Counted from the first letter of the whole stretch, positions 21,684 through 34,442 are shown. The stretch: 63,926 nt of DNA, filler included, from Aduncisulcus paluster (GCA_024181965.1; 41 parts of 41 records of this genome joined end to end with filler, not necessarily neighbours in it), one strand, 5' to 3'. The notes: generated from the letters alone by a model not told the origin. A program made the numbers and translations.

Positions 21684-24600
21684 AGCGCTCCGCTCAAGGC
21701 AGAGTCTCCGGATTCCGTGGTTCCCATCGGCTCACCGGTGCCTGGTGCGGCGCTTTTCGTGCTCGACACCTGGCTGCAACCGGTGCCGGCCGGTGTCGTC
21801 GGCGAACTGTATGTCGCCGGTGACGGCGTCGCATGCGGATATATAGGTCGTTCAGACCTGACGGCCTCACGCTTTGTCGCATGCCCGTTCGGTGAGCCCG
21901 GCTCCCGCATGTATCGCACCGGCGACCTGGTGTTGTGGGGCGACGACGGCCAACTGCAGTACCTGGGCCGCGCCGACGAGCAGGTCAAGATTCGCGGCTA
22001 CCGCATCGAACTCGGTGAAGTCCAGTCCGCGTTGGGTGCCCTCGACGGAGTGGACCAGGCGGCGGCGATCGTGCGCGAGGACCGCCCCGGCGACAAGCGC
22101 CTCGTCGGCTATGTGACGGGCAGCGTGGACCCCATCGAGGTACGCAGCATTCTGGCCAAACGTCTTCCGCCGTACATGGTTCCGGCCGCGGTGATGGTGC
22201 TCGATGCGCTGCCGCTGACGTCCAACAACAAATTGGACATCCGCGCGCTGCCGGCTCCCGAGTACGGCAGTCTCGGCGCTGAATACCGTGCGCCGGGTAC
22301 CGCGGTGGAGGAGATCCTCGCCGGCGTCTACGCGCAGGTCCTCGGTGTTGAGCGAGTGGGCGTCGACGACTCGTTCTTCGATCTGGGCGGCGACAGTATT
22401 CTGTCGATGCAGGTGGTTGCCCGTGCTCGCGCGGCGGGAGTGCTGTGCCGCCCGCGTGATGTCTTCATCGAGCAGACGGTGTCGCGGTTGGCCGTGGTGG
22501 CTGAAATCACCGGCGGGGAAGCCTATGTGGCCGATGAGGGCCTCGGCCCCGTGGCGGCCACCCCGATCATGCGCTGGCTGCGCGACATTGAGGGCCCGAT
22601 CGCCGAGTTCAATCAGACACTCGTCATCCAGGCGCCTTCCGCGGTGACCGAGGACGACGTGGTCGTCGTGTTACAGGCGCTGTTGGACCGGCATGCCACC
22701 CTGCGTCTACGTGCGCAGGACAATTCGGGTGAATGGTCGCTACATGTTCCGGATGTGGGAGCGGTAGATGCCCGCGACCGCCTTCACATCGCCGACGCGT
22801 TGTCGGATGAGGCATTGGTGGCCGCTCGCGCGGGGCTCGATCCGGCTGCCGGCGCGATGCTCAGCGCGGTATGGGTTCCGGCCACCGCGCAACTGGCACT
22901 GGTGATTCATCACCTTGCCGTCGATGGCGTCTCGTGGCGAATCTTGCTGGAAGACTTGAATATTGCGTGGGCGCAGCACCATGGCGGCGCCGGTGTGGAG
23001 CTGCCGGTCGGCGGGACGTCCTTCGCGCGCTGGTCTGCACTGCTGGCAGAACATGCGGTTGCCGCAGATGTGGTCGAGCATGCCGATGCATGGCGGCAAG
23101 TCCTTACGACGCCGGCTCGTGTGCCCGCGGTGCAACCAGCGGTCGACACCTACGCCAACGCCGGGCGGTTGTCCGTCTCGCTGGACTCCGAGACCACCCG
23201 GCAACTGCTGGGTGAGGTACCTGCGGCATTTCACGCTGGAGTGCAAGACATTCTGCTGATCGCGTTCGGACTGGCCTGGAACGAATTCCTCGGCACCCGG
23301 GGCGCCTCCATCGCCTTCGATATCGAAGGTCATGGTCGTCAGGAGGAGGTCGGCGACGCCGTTCATCGCCGTANNNNNNNNNNNNNNNNNNNNNNNNNNN
23401 NNNNNNNNNNNNNNNNNNNNNNNNNNNNNNNNNNNNNNNNNNNNNNNNNNNNNNNNNNNNNNNNNNNNNNNNNNNNNNNNNNNNNNNNNNNNNNNNNNNN
23501 NNNNNNNNNNNNNNNNNNNTTCGATTGCGGTGGGCGAGCTTTCGTGGGCGCAGGTGGCCGCGGGGGAGGCTTCCCTCGGCGACGTGATCAAGTCCGTCAA
23601 GGAACAGTTGCGTGCCTTGCCCGACGGATTGACCTACGGGCTGCTGCGTTACCTGAATCCCGACGTGGAGTTGTCCGGGGCGGAGCCGACCATCGGGTTC
23701 AACTACCTCGGGCGTCTGGGCGCGGGCGCCGCCGAACTCTCTGAGGACTTCTGGCGGATTAGTGACGACAGCTTGTCGATGGCCGATGTGGCTGCGGCTA
23801 TTTCGATGCCGCTGGCGCATTCGGTGGAGCTCAACGCCGGCATCTTCGAGACACATTCGGATGCCTCGACCGGTCCGCAGCTTCGCGCCAACTGGGCGTG
23901 GGCGCCATCAGCGCTGGACGGTGCGCAAGCGGATCGTCTGAGCCAGCTGTGGTTCGAAGCCCTGGTTGGCATCTGCGCCCATGTGCGTTCTGGCGGAGGC
24001 GGTTTGACGCCTTCCGATCTGGCGCCTGCGCGACTGGATCAGCGGCAAATCGATGCGCTGGTACAGCAGTACGAGATTGCCGATGTGCTCCCGCTGACCC
24101 CACTGCAGCNNNNNNNNNNNNNNNNNNNNNNNNNNNNNNNNNNNNNNNNNNNNNNNNNNNNNNNNNNNNNNNNNNNNNNNNNNNNNNNNNNNNNNNNNNN
24201 NNNNNNNNNNNNNNNNNNNNNNNNNNNNNNNNNNNNNNNNNNNNNNNGATTCCACCGAGGACGACGTCTACGCGGTGCAGTTGGCGCTTACCGTGACCGG
24301 TGCACTCGATGCCGTTCGTCTGCGCGACGCCGTGCACACAGTGGTGAAACGCCACCCCAACCTGGCGGTCCGCTTCAGTGAGGAATACGGGGAGCCGGTA
24401 CAGATCATCTCCGCGGAGCCCGTAATCGCCTGGCAGCATGTCGAACTGGCCGGCGAAGCCGATGAGCGGATCGAGGAGCTGTCCGCCTCTGAACGTGCGG
24501 CGGTTTGCCGGTTGTTCACCGAGCCGGTCTTCCGGGCAACGCTCATCTCGGGGGTTGGTGACGCCGAAGACGGTGGAGTAAGCAAGCATCGACTCTTGTT

Positions 24601-25438
24601 GACCGCACATCACATCGTGATCGACGGCTGGTCGTTGCCGATCCTGCTGCAAGAGATCTTCAGCGTCTACTACGGGCAGCGCTTGCCTTCGCCCGCGCCC
24701 TATCGCAACTTCGTCACGTGGCTGGCAGGGCAGGATCGCGTTGCGGCGCAATCGGTATGGGGGAAAGCCCTCGACGGTTTCGAGACCCCCACGCTGGTGG
24801 GCTCGCTCGCCACCGCAGGCCGCAGGGGAGTCGAGTCCTACCGCATCTCCGAGGACGTCACGCAGTCCTTGGCTGAGCTGGCCCGAGCGCAACGCACCAC
24901 CGTCAACACGGTTCTGCAGGCCGGCTGGGCTCAAGTGCTGACCTGGCNNNNNNNNNNNNNNNNNNNNGGCACCGCGGTATCGGGACGCCCCGCCGACTTG
25001 GCGGGAGCCGACTCGATGGTGGGTCTGCTGATCAACACGGTGCCGGTGCGTGCGAACATCACCGCGGCCACCACCGTTGCCGATCTACTGGATCAGTTGC
25101 AGCGGATGCACAACGAGACCGTCGAGCACGAGCACTTGGCGCTCAACGAGATTCATCATGCAATCGGCCTCGACAGGCTTTTCGACACGTTGTTCGTCTA
25201 CGAGAATTACCCGATCGACGCCGACGCGTTGTTGGGTGCGCGAGAACTCGGCATCACCGATTTCAGCAGCCGTGAATACAACCACTACCCGTTGTCGGTC
25301 GTAGCGATGCCGGGCAATGAACTGGGCCTGCGGGTCGAGTTCGATACCGATGTCTTCGAGTTGGCGGATATCGAGACCGTTGTCAACAAGTTCCGTCAGG
25401 TACTGACGGCCATGACCGCGGATCCGGCGACCCGGTTG
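21684..25438 (+). CDS. Mycobacterial NRPS fragment: A(C-term)-T-E-C domains, glycopeptidolipid synthetase-like; three N gaps
   Basis: [28 protein letters not shown] domain [10 protein letters not shown] domain [22 protein letters not shown] domain HHIVIDGWS. Confidence 0.93.
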
Positions 25439-25538
25439 NNNNNNNNNNNNNNNNNNNNNNNNNNNNNNNNNNNNNNNNNNNNTTAATTAATTAANNNNNN
25501 NNNNNNNNNNNNNNNNNNNNNNNNNNNNNNNNNNNNNN

Positions 25539-25617
25539 GCATTGCTTCATCAATTTCATCTTTATATAACTTATATTGATATTGTAAGTTTGCGAAATCT
25601 ATTTTACGACTCGTCAT
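25539..25617 (-). CDS. DegT/DnrJ aminotransferase N-terminus (WbpE-like)
   Basis: MTSRKIDFANLQYQYKLYKDEIDEAM; follows wbpB- and wbpD-like genes. Confidence 0.7.
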
Positions 25618-25664
25618 TTAGTGCCTCGCTTGCATTGTATTTTAATACTTATCAACTTTATTCC

Positions 25665-26246
25665 TTATTTATCTTCTACTAATGTAACTATATCATTTTC
25701 TAATCTGTATTTACTATTATCAAATGAATCTATTGCAATATCATTTTCATCAAATTCTAGTCTATTTCCAGCGATCGAAACCCATCCAATTTGTCGTGCA
25801 GGAACTCCAACCATAAGAGCAAAATCTTTTACATCTTTGTTGATAACTGTTCCAGCTCCTATAAGTGCATATCTTCCTATCGTATTGCCACATACTACTG
25901 TTGCATTTGCACCAATTGAGCATCCTTTTTTAAGAAGCGTAGTTTTAAACTCTTCTTTCCTTACGATAAATGATCTAGGATTGATCACATTTGTAAAAAC
26001 CATCGATGGTCCTAAAAACACATCATCTTCTACAATTACACCTTCATAGATCGATATATTGTTTTGTACTTTCACTCCTGAACCTATAGTTACTTTTGGT
26101 CCCACTACACAGTTCTGTCCAAATGAACAGTTATTTCCTATAGTAGTACCACTTAAGATATGTGAAAAGTGCCATATTTTTGTATCATCACCTATGTTTA
26201 CATTTTCATCTACAAAAGAAGATTCATGATAAAAAAACTTTGCCAT
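25665..26246 (-). CDS. wbpD: Hexapeptide-repeat N-acetyltransferase (WbpD/WlbB-like)
   Basis: TKIWHFSHI, KVQNNISIYEGV, FLGPSMVFTNVINPRS. Confidence 0.85.
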   Translation of the reverse strand: MAKFFYHESSFVDENVNIGDDTKIWHFSHILSGTTIGNNCSFGQNCVVGPKVTIGSGVKVQNNISIYEGVIVEDDVFLGPSMVFTNVINPRSFIVRKEEFKTTLLKKGCSIGANATVVCGNTIGRYALIGAGTVINKDVKDFALMVGVPARQIGWVSIAGNRLEFDENDIAIDSFDNSKYRLENDIVTLVEDK

Positions 26247-26669
26247 TAGATTATCTTTTTACAAAATGGATGATATTCACCTTTTAAGCCTATAGCATCT
26301 GTATTTCGTATCGTTGAAACTGTTCGTATACTTCCATACGCTTCATCTAGTCCAAATCCATTGCCTTTAAGTATCTCTTCGTAGCTTCTTGTATGTAAGT
26401 CTTTAAATCCACCTGAAAACTCTATCTCATCTCCATCTACTGTGATACTTCTAAAAGTGGTTTGTCCTGATGATCTTACATCTTCTGGAAGATAGTCATA
26501 GTTTACAGATAAAAACCATCTTACGGTTGCATGTTTGAGTTTGAAGCTTCCTGCATTTGCATCTGGTGTTTTAAGATGAACTATATTTTCTTCAACATCA
26601 CCAAAAATCCAACAAAGCATATCATAGAAATGAACTCCGATATTTGAAGCTATTCCACCTGATTTTGAT
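26246..26669 (-). CDS. wbpB: Gfo/Idh/MocA oxidoreductase C-terminus (WbpB/WlbA-like)
   Basis: SGGIASNIGVHFYDML, FRSITVDGDEIEFSGGFKDLHTRSY. Confidence 0.85.
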
Positions 26670-26769
26670 NNNNNNNNNNNNNNNNNNNNNNNNNNNNNNN
26701 NNNNNNNNNNNNNTTAATTAATTAANNNNNNNNNNNNNNNNNNNNNNNNNNNNNNNNNNNNNNNNNNNN

Positions 26770-27381
26770 GGTAATTAAGCTTTGCTTATTAATAGCATTT
26801 CTTAAAAATTTGGATAAATTTAAAATAGAGTTTTCAGCTTTTAATGGATCTATATACACCAATTCACTCATTGAATTCAATGCATTAAATAAGAAATGAG
26901 GATTTAATTCATTTTCTAATGCTTTAATTTTACTATTTAATATTTCATTCTTTATCATCTCATTTTTATACTTCATCTCAATAAACTGGTGTAAAACAAG
27001 TCCAACCAAAAATGTTAAACATCCTATTGTTAGACTAAGATGTATACTATAAGCTTCTATCAAATTTGTTATAGCACTATCAAATATATAAAATAAAGAA
27101 AAACTTGTCCAAAATCCTAAAGAACCACTTACAAATGAAAATATAAAACTAATAAAATACCAAAATCTTTTATCAGTATTTGGTAAAATATAATTATTGG
27201 ATACAGTAATAAAAATAGATGAAAATAATGTAATAATAATCGCACTAAAAGTACCAAATAAAATTGTAGATATCTCTTGAAACTGAATATTAAGAAAGTA
27301 AAAAAACAAAGAAATCAACGCACCTATAGAAATAATATAAAGCCAATCTTTGAATGTAATTTTAAGTTCAACTTGTTCCAT
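26770..27381 (-). CDS. LytS-type membrane histidine kinase, 3' truncated
   Basis: Several TM helices, then LENELNPHFLFNALNS. Confidence 0.88.
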
Positions 27382-27462
27382 TGTATGCCTTTTTACTTTG
27401 ACTAATTTTAACTTATATTAATATTGATTTGTATTTGATTTATGTCTGTTTATACCATTATA

Positions 27463-27857
27463 TTATACTTTATTTAATTCTTTGTTTAATACATCAACAC
27501 CTAAAGCAATTCCAGGCCACCCTTGTCCTGCAAAAACTGTATCACCTACATTATAAAGGCCATTAAATGGGGTATTACAACTAGGTAGTTGCATAAAATT
27601 TTTGAAACCTATTGCTTTACCACCACAATTATATCTTCCAATAAATTTATTAAATGTTGTTGATGTTGCGCTAAATAATTGACTAACATCTTCCTTTTTT
27701 ATATCTTCAAAATATTCTAAAAATTTTTCAAAAATAAATGATTCTGTAATATTTTTGCTTTTTACATATTCATCTTTTTGCAATGACTTCCAGTATTTAG
27801 CTGTTGTATGAGTAGATATAGTGATACTATATCCATTTCTTGATAATTTAGTATCAT
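27463..27857 (-). CDS. Phytoene desaturase/carotenoid isomerase family FAD oxidoreductase, C-terminus
   Basis: ATSTTFNKF...TPFNGLYNVGDTVFAGQGWPGIALG. Confidence 0.75.
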
Positions 27858-27958
27858 NNNNNNNNNNNNNNNNNNNNNNNNNNNNNNNNNNNNNNNNNNN
27901 NTTAATTAATTAANNNNNNNNNNNNNNNNNNNNNNNNNNNNNNNNNNNNNNNNNNNNG

Positions 27959-28102
27959 ATGTTTCAAAAGGGCGATCCAGCCCATTTAATGGCCATGGAA
28001 GACATGAAAGAGCTCATGTCAGACTCTGATAAAATGAAGGCCTGGATGGATGAAAAGAGAAGCTTGTTTAATAGCATAGAAGAGGATGACAATATAGAGT
28101 AG
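27959..28102 (+). CDS. DUF1059-like small protein, C-terminus
   Basis: MFQKGDPAHLMAMEDMKELM...MKAWMDEKRSLF. Confidence 0.5.
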   Translation: MFQKGDPAHLMAMEDMKELMSDSDKMKAWMDEKRSLFNSIEEDDNIE

Positions 28103-28260
28103 GATGAAAAAGGGTGATGGACTACTAGAATATTCACCTGCTGGAATGGAATGTAAAGAAAGAATTTCGTTCGGATTTGGAAATGGGTTTCAGGGAATGT
28201 AAGAATGAATTTATAGTAAATAGGAGTAAACTTAAAGCCAAATAAATTCAATGAAAACCC

Positions 28261-28337
28261 AAATCAAAACCAAAGCAAATCAAAACCAAAGCAAATCAAA
28301 ACCAAAGCAAATCAAAACCAAAGCAAATCAAAACCAA
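28261..28337. repeat. 16-bp tandem repeat, ~4.8 copies
   Basis: (AAATCAAAACCAAAGC)x4 plus a partial copy. Confidence 0.95.
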
Positions 28338-28482
28338 TTCAAACAAATTCAATTTTAGTAAAAATCAAATTTGAAGAAAAATCGATTCAAAGCAAATTCA
28401 ATATAAAACAAGTTCGAAGGAAAATTGATGCAGTGTAAAATATACGAATAATAGAATCAATTATAGGAATAAAGTAATAGAA

Positions 28483-28510
28483 AGGGGTGGGTCCCAGTTG
28501 ACCTACCCCT
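28483..28510 (+). terminator. Probable intrinsic terminator
   Basis: AGGGGTGGGTC-ccagtt-GACCTACCCCT followed by GTTTGTT. Confidence 0.6.
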
Positions 28511-28579
28511 GTTTGTTATATCAAAGTTATATTTTGATACTATTATAATGTTATTTTGATGTAAAGAAGCTAATGTGTC

Positions 28580-29322
28580 GGTAGTGTAACAAAGTTTGTG
28601 TAAAATTATAAAATCTTCCACGAAAGTAGTTAGTGTTATAAACTAGACTACAGAGCGGAGGATTTTTTATGAGTCGAAAGAAGAACAACAACAAGATATC
28701 AGAACTAACAGAAGTCCTGATGCAGGACAAGGATATCACCGATGTAGCTGATCTTCAGAGTGTACTGAGGGAAATGCTAAAGTCTGGCGTTGAGAAGCTA
28801 CTCGAAGCAGAGCTAGACGATGAACTGGGTTACGAGCGTTATGATCGTCAAAGTGAAAAGACGAACTACAGAAATGGGAAATCAACTAAACGTGTTAAAA
28901 CAGATCTTGGAGAAATAGATCTTGAGATTCCAAGAGATCGCAATGGTGAGTTTGATCCGCAGATTGTGCCAAAGCACTCCAGTGATATTTCAGCTATCGA
29001 AGACAAAGTGATCTCGATGTATGGTAAAGGAATGTCTCAAAGAGATATTTCGGAGCACATAGAAGATCTATACGGTGTACCACTCTCCGCTCAATCAATC
29101 TCTCGTATGACTGATAAAATCATCCCTCATGTCGAAGAGTGGCAGCACAGGCCGCTTGAAATAGAGTATCCGTTTGTTTTTATGGATGCGATTCATTATA
29201 AAGTTAAGCAGAATAACCGCATTGTATCTAAGGCGGCTTATGTTGTTGTGGGCATAAATCTTGATGGAATGAAGGACGTTCTGGGCATCTGGATTGGTGA
29301 AAATGAGACGAGCAAGTTCTGG
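28580..29322 (+). mobile_element. IS256 family element: left end plus transposase (CDS from 28669), truncated
   Basis: NYRNG, IPRDRNGEFDPQIVPK, MYGKGMSQRDI, FVFMDAIHYKV, DVLGIWIG; IR-like GGTAGTGTAACAAAGTTTGTGTAAA. Confidence 0.92.
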
Positions 29323-29422
29323 NNNNNNNNNNNNNNNNNNNNNNNNNNNNNNNNNNNNNNNNNNNNTTAATTAATTAANNNNNNNNNNNNNNNNNNNNNN
29401 NNNNNNNNNNNNNNNNNNNNNN

Positions 29423-31069
29423 GTCCCCGGTGTACACGTAGCCATCCAGATACGTGCCCAGGTCGAACGAGTCGCCCTTGTTGGGCGCGTTTTTCTCGAA
29501 ACTATCGTTCAACGACTTCTGGTGTGGCACCGGCTGGCCCTTCTCATCGGTGCGGGCCTGCTGTTGAGTGATCCCGACACGATTCAGAGCCGTGGGGTCG
29601 GCCTGCAATGGCTGAGCCGGGTTGTTGGCGTCCGAGCCCGGATTGATGAGGCGTGGGGTAACACCCTGTCCGCCGGGGTTATTCACGGTTTGGGGAAGCC
29701 CCTGAGCCGTGGCGGGGACCTGCTGGGCAGCTGGCGTCGGGGACGGGTCGGCCTGTTGAAGTCCGGACTGCGCACCAGACATCGAAGGGGCCGGTGGAGG
29801 TACCGGGTTCACGCCTTGGGACAGGTCTTGGCTCTGCAATTCCACCGACTGCGCCTGCGGCACATCGGACGACACATTTGTTGCCGTCCCGGCCAGATCC
29901 GAAGCCCCGGAGGTATCCGGCATGCCAGAGGCGCCCAAGCTGGATGCGGTGTTGACGAGCCCGGACGCTTGGGAGACACCACTGGCGACCTGACCGGTCA
30001 GGTCAGAAACTTGTCCGGCGGTCTTAGTCAGTTGCTCCACCTGCTGAGCCTGGGGTTTCAGTTGCGGGTTGGCGTCGGCCGCCAGCTGCGCACCCTGGCC
30101 AGCCTCATTGAGCCAGGTCGAAGCGATCGAGGTGCCCGAGTTCACCGCATCAGCGGTATTGCTGATCCCTCCCGAGATGCCCTGCACCAACGCAACCGCG
30201 TCCATGGGATTGACCGCCCCGGACTGCGCGCTGGAAGCGATCGACGCGCCGGCCTGGGCCGCTGACCCGAAATTCTGCGCCGCCGATCCCGCCGACTGAC
30301 CCAAATTCACACCGTCAGACACGGTGTTGGTGATATCGCCGGGCAACGACTGACCCATCTGCGCACCATCTTGTGTCAGCGCCTGCGTGTCGGGGCCCTG
30401 CGCCTGCTGCTGACCTTGTTCGGGCTGGTCTTGTTCGCCTTGCTTACGGCGGCGAGTAGAAGCCGCACCCAACAACAGCGCGGTCAGATCATTGTCACCG
30501 GACTGCTTATCGCGATCCTGCTGATCGTCCTTCTTCTTGTCCTTGCTGGGCGCCTTGGGCAGCTTCTGATTGCCATTCTGCTTCTGCTGCCCCTGCTGCT
30601 GTTGCAGCTGCTTAGTCATGTCGTCGATGCGCTGACGATCCTGCGTCGACTGCTGCTGCTGGTCCTGCAGCTGCTTGGTCAGGTCATCGATCTTCTGTTG
30701 ATCGGACTGTTGCGGTGGCTGCTGACCTTGGTCTTGATTGGCTGGTGGCTGTTGAGGCGTCTGCTGCTGCGGAGCACCTTGATTGGCTTGCCCGCCTTGC
30801 GATCCCGTGTTCGTGCCCGGGTTGGCTTGCCCACCATTGTAATCCGGGTTCGGGGCACCGGGCCCTTGCGTGTAGGGGGTGGCGGATTGGTAATCCGGGA
30901 TTTGGCTGCCGTGTTGGGGTGTCTGCGAGCCCTGCAGCGACTGCTGTGCGCTTTGACCACTGGTGCTTTGGCTCACCGAGGGCGCTTGGGTGTTGTAGAT
31001 CGAGATTCCCGAATTTTGATCTAACGGGGCTTGGTTGGAGCCGTAGTTGCCGCCCTGGTAGTCCGGCAT
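29423..31069 (-). CDS. Gln/Gly/Pro-rich mycobacterial protein, internal fragment
   Basis: >545-codon open frame with high GC3; QQ-rich coiled segments. Confidence 0.75.
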
Positions 31070-31169
31070 NNNNNNNNNNNNNNNNNNNNNNNNNNNNNNN
31101 NNNNNNNNNNNNNTTAATTAATTAANNNNNNNNNNNNNNNNNNNNNNNNNNNNNNNNNNNNNNNNNNNN

Positions 31170-32634
31170 GCCAGAGCTCAATCAAAGATTTTGGTTAGAA
31201 ACCAAGAGGGACAAGAAGTCTCCATGATTGCATTGATGGACACAGGCTCCAACATCAATCTGCTGTCATCAACAGCAGCTGAGAAGTATCATCTTCTCCC
31301 AAGAGAATTCAAGAAGGACTTGAAGTACAAGATCCTGGGTGTGGCTTCGACAACACTGAAGCCACTGGGAGAAGTCAAGCTACCCGTTGCAATCAAACGG
31401 GTTGGGGAAGAAAAGATGACCCGGAAGACAATTCCGTTTTGGGTGTGTGAGTCTCTCTCCACAGGAGATGATGTGATCCTTGGATTCAAGGCAGCAACAG
31501 CCTTGGGTGCCATTCAGCTGATGGTCACTCCCGAGAAGGGAGAAGAATCAGAGGAGGCAAGCTCCTCTGTGAAAGGACCTGAGGATGATGTTGATGATTG
31601 GATCAGAGAGGCGGAAGAACTCGCCAAGACATTCAAGTGTGCAGCTCTGCACAGCTCACGGCCCAAGAAGGTGGCCGCCCAAGCAAAGGGACTGTCGAAA
31701 GAAGAACTGGGACAGCAAATTGAGGCTGCTTTGAATAGTAAACATAATTATTGTTATCCGTTGATCTTAAAGATACACTGCAGATATGCACATGTGTTCG
31801 ATCTGAGTGAACTGCCACCGGCTAGATACAAGCCGTTCAAGGTCATCTTACAGGATGGCGCAGAGGTGAAGAAGAGTTCACTGAGACAGATACCCTGGAC
31901 GAAAGGTCCCTTGTTAGAGGAAGAACTCAGCAAGTTGAAGAAAATGGGAACGATCATTGAGATCAAACATGAAACACGGTACGTTAGTGCCATTGTCCTG
32001 GCCCCAAAGGGAGATGGAATTCGGTTGTGTGTGGACTATAGACCACTGAATGCAGCAACGGTAACCTTGCACCGAGCAGTGGCTCGTGTTGACGAGGTGG
32101 TAAGAATGCTGCATGGCAAGAAGTTGTTCATCATATTGGACTTGAAGTCAGGATACCACCAGGTACTTGTGGAAGAGGAGAGTCGAGAATTGACTACTTT
32201 TATAACCAAGTTTGGCACCTTTCAATATGTGAGAATGCCATTTGGGTTGAAGAATGCACCAGCATATTTCACGATGATGCTAGAAGATATTCTAGTGGGA
32301 CTGGTAAGAGTCAGTTGTTTAATATATATTGATGATATCATTGTGTTCGGAGAGAATCTCCCAGAACTGATTTCCAACTATGTGAAGGTGTTGGACCGTC
32401 TGTCAAAGGCAAACATGAAGGTCAACGTGTTGAAGATGCAACTCGTTTGTGAAGAGGTCAAGTACCTTGGATATATGATCAGTGGAAAGGGAATTGCCGC
32501 TTCAGAAGAGAAGATAGAGCAATTAGATAAACTGCAGGTGATCACTAACAAAAGTGAATTGAAGTCTCTGTTGGGACTTGCAGCTTACCTTAGCCCCTTT
32601 ATCCCATGTTATGCCGCAAGGACAAAATGCCTGT
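31170..32634 (+). mobile_element. Ty3/gypsy pol fragment: aspartic protease plus reverse transcriptase
   Basis: ALMDTGSNINL; RLCVDYRPLN, LDLKSGYHQV, MPFGLKNAP, YIDDII, YLGY. Confidence 0.96.
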
Positions 32635-32734
32635 NNNNNNNNNNNNNNNNNNNNNNNNNNNNNNNNNNNNNNNNNNNNTTAATTAATTAANNNNNNNNNN
32701 NNNNNNNNNNNNNNNNNNNNNNNNNNNNNNNNNN

Positions 32735-33402
32735 CCCGTGCCACCGGTGAATCCCGGCAGTTTTCCCAGGCACGCGATACTCCCGCCGCTGTACGTCAAG
32801 ATGCTGCACCGCAATCCGCTGGCGACAGTGAACATCCGCTCGATGCCCTTGGGTCCGTGACCGTCATACTCGACCTCGGAGACCACGAAGTCGTATGGGC
32901 GCGGAACGCCATCCGGCAACACCAGTCCCCTATCGCCCAGGACCGTTTTGCCAGAGCCGATGGTCAGCGACTGTTTTCCGTTGTCACAGATGGTGATTGG
33001 CCCCGACTCTGCCCGACAGGCGACCCCGTACTTGGCGACCTTCCGACCAACCTCGAGCCGCTGGGCACCCGTCACCCTCGGATGAGTGTCGAGTACCCGG
33101 TAAAAGCCGGCCGGCTGGCCCGTACCCGCCCCCATCCGAACCCTGACGACACCCGGTTGCACGCCCGGTAGCGCGCCGGCGCAATCCACGCTGCGGTCGC
33201 CGCCGACAGAGCAGGCCAATCCGTCCGGCGTGATGAAGTCGCCGTCGAAACCGGGCGTACCCACCGCCGGTATGTCTGTCGGAGAAGTAACCTGCGGGGT
33301 GCTGACCACCGATGACGATGTCGTTGTTGTCTGCACGAACGGGTGCGTAGGGGTGCAGGCGGCCAACAGCACCGCCAGCACCCCAATCCCGCACGCGCGC
33401 AT
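32735..33402 (-). CDS. Mycobacterial lipoprotein with repeated Cys-containing domains, truncated
   Basis: Lipobox LLAAC; F.TPDGLAC and F.VASGLRC motifs. Confidence 0.75.
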
Positions 33403-33406
33403 GCGA

Positions 33407-34442
33407 TCAGAAATTGATCATGTGTCCCGCGAGCCCGTGGAACGCTTCCTGCAGCGCCTCGGACAGCGTCGGGTGTGTGTGCACATTGCGGGTCAGTTCA
33501 TTGACCGTCAGATCCCACTTCTGTGCCAGCGTGAGCTCGGGCAGCAGCTCGGAAACGTCGGGGCCAATCAGGTGCCCGCCGATCAGCTCACCGTACTTGG
33601 CATCGGCGATCAGCTTCACGAATCCGGTCGGGTCGGCCAGACCGTGCGCCTTGCCGTTCGCCGTGAACGGGAACTTGGCCACCTTGACGTCGTATCCCTC
33701 GGCGCGGGCCTGTTCCTCGGTGAGCCCAAAGCTGGCCACCTGCGGCTGGCAGAAGGTCGCCCGGGGCATCATCCGGTAGTCGCCCAGCTCCAATGTCTCT
33801 GCACCTGCGATGGTTTCGGCAGCGACAACGGCNNNNNNNNNNNNNNNNNNNNGAGCCAGCTGCAGCTTCGACGTGACGTCACCGATCGCGTAGATGTGCG
33901 GCACGTTGGTGCGCATCCGCTCGTCGATGGCAATCGCGCCGCGGTCGGTGAGCGCCACCCCGGTGTTCTCCAGCCCGAAGCCCTGCACGTTCGGCGCAAA
34001 CCCGATGGCCTGCAGCACCTTGTCGGCGACGAGCTCGCTCTCCTGCCCGTCCTTGCTTACCTTGACCGTCACCTGTGAACCACTGTCGGTGATCGACTCG
34101 ACCTTGGTGCCGGTGAGGATCTTGACACCCAGCTTCTTGTACTGCTTCTCGATCTCCTTGGACACCTCGGCGTCCTCGTTGGGCAGTGCCCGCGGCAGGA
34201 ACTCGACGATGGTGACATCCACGCCGTAGTTCTTGAGTACGTAGGCGAACTCCATACCGATGGCGCCCGCGCCGGCGATGATGATCGAGCCGGGCAGCTC
34301 ACGGGTGAGGATCTGCTTTTCGTAGGTGACCACGTTCTCCGAGAGCGCAGTCCCGGGCACCAGCCGCACACTGCTGCCGGTGGCGATGATCACATTGGCG
34401 AAAGTCAGCGTCTCGGTCGAGCCATCAGCCTTCTTGACCGCC
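33407..34442 (-). CDS. lpdA: Dihydrolipoamide dehydrogenase, 5' truncated
   Basis: [28 protein letters not shown]. Confidence 0.96.

Noticed and set aside
28261-28337. 16-bp repeats as CRISPR or plasmid iterons
   Set aside because: Head-to-tail with no spacers, and no rep or cas gene.
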